From positions 32,001 through 96,000 of the forward strand of contig CAWCNS010000011.1 in NCBI GenBank assembly GCA_963796965.1: 64,000 bases of DNA, read 5' to 3'. Positions 55,667 through 64,000 of this stretch are shown piece by piece. The notes beneath the pieces were generated by a model, which was not told the DNA's origin, did no database searches, and saw only the letters and a program-made list of their open reading frames with translations. Position numbers and translations under genes: made by a program. Each line of letters starts with the position of its first letter. Within the stretch, counting starts at the first letter, position 1. The stretch comes from Calditrichia bacterium. Lineage in GTDB: Bacteria; Calditrichota; Calditrichia; JAJRVZ01.

Positions 55667-57058
55667 TTGACTAGCATTCCTCACCTTCTGTTAAAATCGA
55701 TTCAGTTATATCCGGACAAAACCGCTATTCAGTACATCAAAAATGATTGGATTGAATCTTACTCATATAAAGAGCTAGGTACAAAAGTAAAAAATCTCCT
55801 TTACAATTTATCTGGTCTTGGCCTGAAAACCGGTGATAAAATAGCCATACTTTCTGACAATCGGCCTGAATGGACTATAAGCGACTTCGCTGTTTTATCA
55901 TTAGGTGGGATAATAGTACCGATCTCCCCCCTACTACCTCTTGATCAAATTGAGTACCTTTTAAAGGACTCAGATTCAAAAGCATTATTGCTGGAGAATC
56001 AAGAAGAATATGACAAAATAAATAAAATCCATTCGACATTGCCTTCACTTAAGCATATCATCTCCTTTGAAAAAGTAGAGCCAGAAAATACCGGAGTTAT
56101 ATTATTTGCTGATTTACTCGAAGATATCACCGATAGTGATAAAAGCATGGATCAATCCCTTCAGGCTATAGATGCCATCAAAACTGATGATGTTTGCAGC
56201 ATTCTCTATTCCTCAGATTCAAACTCCAAACCCAATGGGGCTATGCTCCATCACCAGGGATTTATTCAGATTATTATGCAGACTCAAAGCAGATTAAAAA
56301 TCAGTTCTGAGGATGTGGTTCAATCTGATTTACCTTTGAGCCAATTAAATGGCCGTATTATAGGGCAGTGGTGTCCCCTATATAAGGGTGCTACCATTTA
56401 TTTCACACAAAATCGTTCTACTGTTTTGGGTAGTAAGAATAAACTAAAACCTTCTCTAATCATTGCCCTTCCTAATTTAATTGATAAAATTGCTGGTGAT
56501 TTAAGGGAAAACATTAATCTCGAATCTCACTTGAGGAAAAAATTTTATACCTGGGCTCTTACAACGGGCCTGCATTATCATGAAAGAAAAAATGCAGGAG
56601 GAGCCAATATACTACTAAAAATTAAGTATAATGTCGCAAATTATATTGCCCTCAAAAAAATGAAAAATACAATTAGCGATCAATTACGTCTTCTTGTTTC
56701 GGGAGGATGCTCTTTATCAGATGACAATTTAAAATTCTTTGAGGCGATACATCTTCAGATTTCTGAATGCTATGGCTTTAATGAAACCCATGGCCCCATC
56801 TCAATCTCCACACCAGGAAAAATCAAATTCGGATCTCCAGGAAAACCACTTGAGGGTATTGAAGTGCGAATTAATGCCGAGGGAGAGATACTTGTTCGGG
56901 GTGAAACAATTATGGAGGGATATTTGAATAAGCCGGAATCAACCTGGGATGTAATCGATGATAAGGGATGGTTTTATACCGGCGACATTGGTCATATTGA
57001 CGATGATTCTTATCTCTTCGTTACTGATCGTAAGAAAAATGTGAATCAGAAGAGCTGA
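55667..57058 (+). CDS. Long-chain acyl-CoA synthetase-like AMP-binding protein, degenerate and C-terminally truncated
   Basis: GDKIAILSDNRPEW, VSGG, YG..ET, GEILVRG, GWFYTGDIG; P-loop reads YSSDSNSKPNG; ends just after TDRKK. Confidence 0.75.
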   Translation: MTSIPHLLLKSIQLYPDKTAIQYIKNDWIESYSYKELGTKVKNLLYNLSGLGLKTGDKIAILSDNRPEWTISDFAVLSLGGIIVPISPLLPLDQIEYLLKDSDSKALLLENQEEYDKINKIHSTLPSLKHIISFEKVEPENTGVILFADLLEDITDSDKSMDQSLQAIDAIKTDDVCSILYSSDSNSKPNGAMLHHQGFIQIIMQTQSRLKISSEDVVQSDLPLSQLNGRIIGQWCPLYKGATIYFTQNRSTVLGSKNKLKPSLIIALPNLIDKIAGDLRENINLESHLRKKFYTWALTTGLHYHERKNAGGANILLKIKYNVANYIALKKMKNTISDQLRLLVSGGCSLSDDNLKFFEAIHLQISECYGFNETHGPISISTPGKIKFGSPGKPLEGIEVRINAEGEILVRGETIMEGYLNKPESTWDVIDDKGWFYTGDIGHIDDDSYLFVTDRKKNVNQKS

Positions 57059-58524
57059 ATTATTTCCCATTCCATGTCCCAACGCCACTTATCAAAGTAT
57101 AAATTGCCGCCTTTCCATTCCACTTCCCCACGTTGTGAATCCAATGTTTCAGAACGGTGATGGTTCTTTTTGGGTGAAAAGGCTTGTGCATAATCATCAT
57201 TAAAGATCAAACGATAGCTATCCATACCTGATAAATAGAACCATTTTAAATTCTCTTTTTCCGTTTCCATCGGACCATAATAGGCATCCATCGGCACCCA
57301 GCCATAGGGTTCAAAATATACCATTCCCCAATCATGCATGGTATCATTTGGTGGTGTAAAATCCCAGCCGGATTGCCAACGAGCCGGGATGCCGTTCAAA
57401 CGACATAAGGTGATAAACATCATGGACTGTATCCCACAGTCCCCATGTTTATTTTCATAACCATATTGACTGAGGCTGCGGATAGTAGAGTATTCTCTTG
57501 CTGAAGCCCAGGGCGTATTATCATTCACCCATTTGAAAAGGATTTGAGCCTTTCGGTAAGGATTAGTTTCATTCCCAAGAATTTTTTTTGATAGATCTTT
57601 AAAATCCTCTGTAAAAACAATATGGGGTGGTTCTTCTTTTAAATATGCCTTCAAATCACTCCTCTGTTCGATAGGTCTAACTTTTTCCGGATCAATGAGG
57701 ACGTATGATCCATTGGAAGTATACGCATAGGATACTGAAAATTCGGTTTTCTGATCCTTGACCGATTCTTTCTCCAGATATACCGTACGTTGAAGATTAC
57801 TATTATCTGCAACTTTGTGGATTAAGGGATCTGTTTTTAATAGACGGATATCTGTCTGACGCTCCGAAATCTCCCGAGGATGGGGTATCCAACAACGAAT
57901 CGTTTCACCCGCTGGTACAACATTCTCATTTACAGATAGGGTATAGGATATGCGCATTCGTACAGGATAAACATACCGCTTCCCCGTCGTAACAACTTTA
58001 TTTATAATATTGCTATTATGTGTTTTATAATTTAATACTTCCCCATCTGTTTTACTTTCATCATTTTCATGATGAGCGTTCCAAATTTGCAGGCATTTAT
58101 TATTGATACGAAAAAGATTACGTGCTGCCCGGTTAAAGTATTTTTTTTCACCATCAATCGTCATATATTCGAGAGATTTCTCATTCTCCCATTTTCTAAG
58201 ATCTTTCTTTGTTACCTGGGGAATATATTTCTTTATATATTCTAAAACATCATCCTCGTTCTTTGTAAAATCTTTTTTAATCCGTTCCATTCGTTCAATC
58301 TCAATTGTCAGGTCAAATTTTTGCTCATCAGAGAGTGTCCGATCTTCCTTAAGAATTTGCTCAATTCGTTCTTGTGCTTTTGTAAACGCGCCATTATTAA
58401 TTAAAGTAATATAATCGTCCCCGTTTTTCGAAGTACAGGCAACGAATAATAAAATTAAAGTTATAAATGAAAATCTTAGGTTTAGCAGACTAATTATTTT
58501 CATCGATTTATCCTCTAAAAACAT
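57046..58524 (-). CDS. Transglutaminase-like domain lipoprotein
   Basis: Lipobox FVAC; GDCG, GIPARWQSG, HDW, GWVPMD triad. Confidence 0.88.
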   Translation of the reverse strand: MFLEDKSMKIISLLNLRFSFITLILLFVACTSKNGDDYITLINNGAFTKAQERIEQILKEDRTLSDEQKFDLTIEIERMERIKKDFTKNEDDVLEYIKKYIPQVTKKDLRKWENEKSLEYMTIDGEKKYFNRAARNLFRINNKCLQIWNAHHENDESKTDGEVLNYKTHNSNIINKVVTTGKRYVYPVRMRISYTLSVNENVVPAGETIRCWIPHPREISERQTDIRLLKTDPLIHKVADNSNLQRTVYLEKESVKDQKTEFSVSYAYTSNGSYVLIDPEKVRPIEQRSDLKAYLKEEPPHIVFTEDFKDLSKKILGNETNPYRKAQILFKWVNDNTPWASAREYSTIRSLSQYGYENKHGDCGIQSMMFITLCRLNGIPARWQSGWDFTPPNDTMHDWGMVYFEPYGWVPMDAYYGPMETEKENLKWFYLSGMDSYRLIFNDDYAQAFSPKKNHHRSETLDSQRGEVEWKGGNLYFDKWRWDMEWEIIQLF

Positions 58525-58753
58525 GTTGTATTGTAATAAATAATCACAGCAGACCCAGGGCTCTTCTTCCCATGAGTGAAAACCCTTAGGCTTATTTTAT
58601 GAAAATATATAACCACGGAATTACCCCGTGAAACTGGTCAGGCCGAAAGGACACAGACGATTAAGATTTAACTACTTCATAACCAATCCAATTTGATTAT
58701 TAGAAAAATATATCCGTGTATTTTTCTGTGTTACTCAGTGGTTGATATATTGA

Positions 58754-60430
58754 TCACTTATTTTTTGATGTGGTGTTCCACCCCGGTCCCTTTACGAACT
58801 GGCCCGGTTTTGCCCCTGTATGAGTTCCATGCTTAAGCACCTGCGTTCCGTTTACAAATACATGTTTCATTCCTGTTGCCAATTGATGTGGCTTTTGAAA
58901 TGTTGCATGATCTTGAATTGTATTTGGATCAAAAACTACAATATCTGCAAAATATCCTTCTTTTAATGTTCCCCGATCCCTTAATCCAAGATTTTTGGCC
59001 GGTAACGATGTTAATTTTATAATTGCCTGACCTAAGGTGATAATCTTTTCCTCCCGAACATATTTTGCTAAAAGACGGGCAAAGCTGCCATAAGCACGCG
59101 GATGGGTACTGCGATTAATGAATGGTTCCTCAGGTGCCAATGATCCGGCATCTGAACAAAAACTCATCCAGGATTGTTGGACTTTTTTTCGCATATTTTC
59201 TTCAGACATACTAAAATATACCACACCAATTCTGCTGTCATCTTCAACAATCAAATCAATGGCTGTTTCTTTTGCTGGTTTTCCCCTCATCAAAGAAATT
59301 TCTGCAAGCGTTTTGCCCGTCAGGTTTCGAAGATCTTTATTGCGAAAACCCACGAGGAGTATTTTCTCGGGAGAACCGGCTCCGGCGAAGGTCATTTCAG
59401 ATAGAATTTGTGATCTAAGATTTGAATCCTTTAGCCTTGCAATCATACTATCATGATCACCTTCGCGCACCCAGGTTGGCAAAAGGACGGATAATCCGGT
59501 TGAACTGGCAGGGTAGTTATACATATCAGTGGTAATCAACAATCCTTCTGATCGCATTTCATTGATATGCTGAATGACCTTATCCATTTTTGACCAATTT
59601 GGTTCCCCAGAGGCCTTAAGATGATAAATCTCACCGCGAACATTTGATTTTGTTACTATTTCTATAAACTCATCCAAAGCCTCAAGAAGTTTGTCTCCTT
59701 CACTGCGAATATGTGAGATGTACATACCCCCATAATCTGCAGCAATCTGCGCTAGAGAAATGAGTTCTTCAGTGCTGGCAAAAAAAGCCGGTGTGTAAAT
59801 CAGAGAAGAACTCACCCCCATTGCCCCCTCTTCCATTGCTTCGGCGGCCAGCCGGCACATACTCTCCAATTCCTCTTGCGTAGCTGCACGATCCTCATAC
59901 CCGACTTCATGTATCCGCAACGTAGTAGCACCTACAAATGAGGCAACATTGGTTGAAATGCCTCTTTCTTCCATATAAGAGAGATATTCTCCCAGGGTAG
60001 TCCATTCAATGTTGTAAGTAATATCACTCTGCCTGTTTTTTATGGCACGTTTCATTTGCTCATTCAAAGGTCCCATTGAATTACCTTCACCAAGGACTTC
60101 TAAAGTTACGCCCTGATAGATATCACTCATGGACCGCCCATCTTTGATCAACGAAACATTCGCCCAACTCAACATATTGATAAATCCGGGTGCAACGGCG
60201 AGTCCCTGAGCATCAATCTCATATTTGGCTGTCAGAGTATCAAGGTTACCTATGTAGGCAATCCGATCCCCCTTTATAGCTACATCTACCTGGCGAACAT
60301 TTTCCCCACGCCCGTCATACACCATACCATTTCGTATTATGGTGTCATAATCATATTGAGTCTGACATGAAAATAAGAATATCAAGATCAGCACAAGGCT
60401 TCTAGTTGTATACTTTATTAATCGAACCAT
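58754..60430 (-). CDS. N-acyl-D-amino-acid deacylase (amidohydrolase)
   Basis: APGFINMLSWA, SHIRSEG, YHLKA, CSDA, HPRAYGSF, RG.L..G..ADIVVFDP. Confidence 0.9.
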   Translation of the reverse strand: MVRLIKYTTRSLVLILIFLFSCQTQYDYDTIIRNGMVYDGRGENVRQVDVAIKGDRIAYIGNLDTLTAKYEIDAQGLAVAPGFINMLSWANVSLIKDGRSMSDIYQGVTLEVLGEGNSMGPLNEQMKRAIKNRQSDITYNIEWTTLGEYLSYMEERGISTNVASFVGATTLRIHEVGYEDRAATQEELESMCRLAAEAMEEGAMGVSSSLIYTPAFFASTEELISLAQIAADYGGMYISHIRSEGDKLLEALDEFIEIVTKSNVRGEIYHLKASGEPNWSKMDKVIQHINEMRSEGLLITTDMYNYPASSTGLSVLLPTWVREGDHDSMIARLKDSNLRSQILSEMTFAGAGSPEKILLVGFRNKDLRNLTGKTLAEISLMRGKPAKETAIDLIVEDDSRIGVVYFSMSEENMRKKVQQSWMSFCSDAGSLAPEEPFINRSTHPRAYGSFARLLAKYVREEKIITLGQAIIKLTSLPAKNLGLRDRGTLKEGYFADIVVFDPNTIQDHATFQKPHQLATGMKHVFVNGTQVLKHGTHTGAKPGQFVKGPGWNTTSKNK

Positions 60431-60700
60431 CTTAACAATCTCTAATATTCATAATAAACCAGCTAGTACAGTACATAAAGGATTTTTCCTCATTTAAGAA
60501 TATATTATGCAATGATTTTGTAATTAATTCAGCTGGTAATGCATCCTCTACAAGGATGGTAATTTTGCTTTAACAATATTCTACAACAATCTATCCTCTA
60601 CGAGGATAACCTATACACGGTAATAGCGGCCATAGATGTAATTGGATTTTTGAATCAATTCACCTCGAAGGCACGGCAAGGCCTATCCGCCAAGCTGCAC

Positions 60701-60730
60701 ATCCCCCTAACCCCCTTTTAAAGGGGGAAT
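60701..60730. repeat. Intact CCCCC-GGGGG REP-like palindrome
   Basis: atccccctaaccccc-ttttaaa-gggggaat; matches the reconstructed IS1182 target. Confidence 0.8.
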
Positions 60731-60744
60731 AGATCACGCCAACC

Positions 60745-61042
60745 CCTATCTCATATCTCATATCCCATATCAATTCCCAATTCCCAATTCCCAATTACAA
60801 AACCACTATCCCATATCCTACATTCCCGATTGAAGCGCCTCCATCGCCGGTAGAACGGGTTCTTCGACTGTCGGCATATCGGGATCAATTCTTCCTCGAT
60901 TTGACCCGCATCCCGTATCTCGTATCTCCCATCGTAATTCCGACTGCCATATTCTACATCGCCCATCCCACATCTCTAATCACATTCCCAATTCTCAATT
61001 ACAAATTACAAATTCACTATCCCGTATCCCATAACCCAAATC
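60745..61042. repeat. Long mixed heptamer tract downstream of typA
   Basis: atctcatatctcatatcccat, aattcccaattcccaattccc, tcccgtatctcgtat, aattacaaattacaaat. Confidence 0.8.
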
Positions 61043-62879
61043 CTACTCATCCCCCTTCTTCACCTTCTTGTAAAGCGCTGCCCTCTTCTGCCTATCCCGC
61101 TCCATTTTTGATAAACGGATATTCAGAGGTGTTATCTCGACTAATTCATCATCGGCGATAAATTCTATGGATTGATCCAGAGACAACATCCTTGGCGGCC
61201 TTAATGTCACCGTAGCCTCAGAAGTGGAACTACGCATATTGGTAAGTTTCTTCTCTTTTGTAATATTGACATCCAGGTCACCTTCGCGATTTCTTTCCCC
61301 GAGAATCATGCCCTCATACACCTGCGTCGTAGCTTCCAGGAACAACTCACCTCTGTCTACCATGGCCAGACTTGCATAGTTTGTCACTTTCCCTGCTCTG
61401 TCGGCGACTAATGCGCCCGATGTTCTTTGTGGAATAGCCCCAAACCAAGGTTCATAGCCATTGTAGATGGAGTTTAAAACACCAGATCCCTTGGTATCTG
61501 TCAGAAAATGGCTGCGAAAACCAATTAATCCCCTGGAAGGAATTAAAAATTCCACATTAGCTCTGCCATGTCCATGATTAACCAGATTGGTCATACGTCC
61601 TTTTCGTTTGGATAGTTTTTCAGTTACCGTACCCAAATATTCTTCTGGTAGATCAATAAATACATGCTCCACAGGTTCACAGGTTTTCCCATCGATCTCC
61701 TTAATGATTACCCGTGGTTTTGAGACCATAAACTCATAACCTTCACGACGCATTGTTTCAATCAATACAGCCATTTGTAGTTCACCACGTCCGCAAACCT
61801 CAAAAGCATCAGCCCGTCCGGTTTCCTTTATTTCAATGGCCACATTGCTAAGTGTTTCTTTCTCCAAACGCTCTCTTAGATGCCGTGAGGTCAAATATTT
61901 GCCATCTTTTCCAGCAAAAGGGCTCGTATTGACATAAAATATCATTGATATTGTGGAATCATCAACGTGGATACGTGGTAAGGGTCTGGGATTTTCAAGA
62001 GATGAAATGGTATCCCCAATCTGTATATTCTCGACACCCGCAATGGCAATGATATCACCGGAATGGACTTCATTAACCAGTTTCCTTCCCATATTCTCAA
62101 ACGAATACAAGGCCGAAAATTTTATGCCTTCAGTTATCTTATTCTCACCACATAAACTGTAGCGCTGGTTCATCTGTAATTTACCGTTTGACAATCTGCC
62201 AACAGCAATTTGTCCCACATAAGCATCATAGTCCAGGCTGGTGATCAAAAATTGTGGTGTTGCCTCATCATCAGATTCCGGTCCTGGGATTTCGGATATG
62301 ATCGTATCAAATAATGATTTTAGATTTTTAGAATTATCATTCAATTCTTTATGGGCAACACCCAACTTGGCGTTGGTATACAAAACTTTAAAGTCAATTT
62401 GATTTTCTTTGGCATCCAGATCGATAAAGAGATCATACACTTCATCCACAACTTCTTCAATCCGCCCATCAGGACGGTCAATTTTATTGATGACCAGGAT
62501 AATAGGTAATTCCTTCTCAAGGGCTTTTTTGACCACGAAACGGGTCTGGGGTAAAGGTCCCTCACTGGAATCAACCAGCAATATGGCCCCATCTACAAGG
62601 TTTAAACTTCTTTCCACCTCACCACCAAAATCCGCATGACCGGGTGTATCGACAATATTTATTTTTACATCTCCATACATCACAGCCGTATTCTTCGCCA
62701 TGATTGTAATACCACGCTCTTTCTCAAGATCCATAGAATCCATTACCCTGTCCACCACCTGTTGGTTTTCTCTATAATATCCCACTTTGTTTTAGCATGC
62801 CATCGACTAAGGTGGTTTTCCCATGATCAACATGGGCAATAATGGCAATATTACGTATCGTCTCTTTTCTTTTACTCAT
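61043..62879 (-). CDS. typA: Translational GTPase TypA/BipA (frameshift near 62785)
   Basis: [66 protein letters not shown]. Confidence 0.96.
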
Positions 62880-63327
62880 TTTCTACCTTATTTTTGCCCT
62901 GGGACAGCTCTACATGTACTCCCCGGGTTATGTTTTTATTGCTGAGATTTTCATTACTTCGTCAATACTTGATTGTCATTCCGTCCCGGAACGGGGGATA
63001 GGAATCTTCCTCCGTATCATTTTAGGATCTTCACAATGGTAGATCCTTAGAGGATGACAATATACCTTGCTAATTTTTGGCCGTACTTTGCTGTGCAATT
63101 TTCACATCATTCAGAAAATTCAAGTAAATTAACAAATAATTCGAGGAAATCATAATTTATAAGTGATACGACAACATAAGAATGGTGACAATGTTCGGGA
63201 TTCGTATATCGTGATCTGTGATGGGAATTTTGAATTTAGATAGTGATTAAAAAAAATTGGAATTTCTTGCTGGGAATATTATCTTCATCCTCAAAGATAC
63301 GGTCAATAAATATCCATAGTGTAAAAG

Positions 63328-64000
63328 ATGAGATTTAATATTATTAGATCATATTGTGATTTGTTACTCCTTGTAACACTTATACAATTCAGCCATGCCG
63401 GAAAGATATCGCTTGAAGAAGATATTGTTGATGGATATTTAGATAATCACAGCAAGATTGAAGCAGCGCTGATCCTTTCCGGTGTCACCCAGCCGGATAG
63501 CCTACCAAAATACTTAGAGTGGTATGATAATCTTGTGGCAAAAATAAAAACATTTGCCTTTGATCTGGATGATCCTGTAGGATCGGCCCACACCGTATTT
63601 ATGTATTTACATGGCGAATGGCTTAAAACCTATGCTATGGAGTCTACGACTCTAGCCGATATTGCCCGAAACAAGGAATATAATTGCGTTTCCGCAACTA
63701 TCCTATACAATATTATTTGTGAAGAATTCAATTGGACCTGCGAAGCTTTTGAAACCCCAACCCATGTATATACAATATTTAACAATTTCAGACAAAAGGT
63801 GGTTGTGGAGAACACGAGCGATATGGGATTTGATATCATGAAAAATCTAAAAGCCTACTCCAAATATCTTGCCCAGTATTATCCCAAAAATGAAGTGTTA
63901 CGTATCGGTTTAGATAGACTCTATCTTCATGAAAATAGCCAGGGACGAATAATCACCAACACAGAACTATTAGGACTCCTCGCTTATAACCGGGCCTATC
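63328..64000 (+). CDS. Secreted transglutaminase-like (SirB1/Transglut_core2-type) protein, cut by window end
   Basis: Open frame MRFNIIRS..; YNCVSATILY, PTHVY, VENT, LLAYNR. Confidence 0.7.
   Translation, partial: MRFNIIRSYCDLLLLVTLIQFSHAGKISLEEDIVDGYLDNHSKIEAALILSGVTQPDSLPKYLEWYDNLVAKIKTFAFDLDDPVGSAHTVFMYLHGEWLKTYAMESTTLADIARNKEYNCVSATILYNIICEEFNWTCEAFETPTHVYTIFNNFRQKVVVENTSDMGFDIMKNLKAYSKYLAQYYPKNEVLRIGLDRLYLHENSQGRIITNTELLGLLAYNRAY

Noticed and set aside
60751..61161. ORFs 60751-60966 and 60901-61161 (also 6805-7044, 12563-12751, 15921-16214)
   Set aside because: Translations of heptamer or REP tracts, not credible proteins
63245..63330. Possible four-helix gene remnant after a heptamer tract
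   Set aside because: Only KKLE-like and HSVKDE-like fragments; too short to support
1..64000. tRNA, rRNA or riboswitch
   Set aside because: None recognisable by eye; an Infernal/Rfam scan would be needed to exclude them

Overview
AT-rich bacterial chromosomal region with many single-base indels that split even housekeeping genes such as typA, most likely long-read or assembly error. Gene style suggests a diderm FCB-like lineage (Calditrichota/KSB1-like; inference only). Contents, left to right: a sigma54-controlled arylsulfatase/HAD/outer-membrane cluster containing an intergenic IS1182; a DUF559 nuclease gene among three ~170-bp REPIN-like units; a PpiC-HupE/UreJ-ABC operon; acpP/acyl-CoA ligase/nagB/DUF4954; an Rsb-type partner-switching cluster with a patatin; a di-heme peroxidase; a beta-CASP nuclease; a probable UxxC thioredoxin-TPR selenoprotein missed by the ORF track; adenylate cyclases; an SSS transporter with a URO-D-like gene; TetR with a hydrolase; a cupredoxin/cyclase/porin/ferritin cluster; LpxR, MipA, acyl-CoA ligase-like, transglutaminase and D-aminoacylase genes; and typA. 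Nearly every intergenic gap holds one of about six short repeat families. Three of these bracket a specific small gene (four-helix bundle, DUF559, GxxExxY remnant) in inverted orientation, suggesting poorly described non-transposase mobile or repeat-maintaining systems. All family calls come from motif recognition; no database searches were run.
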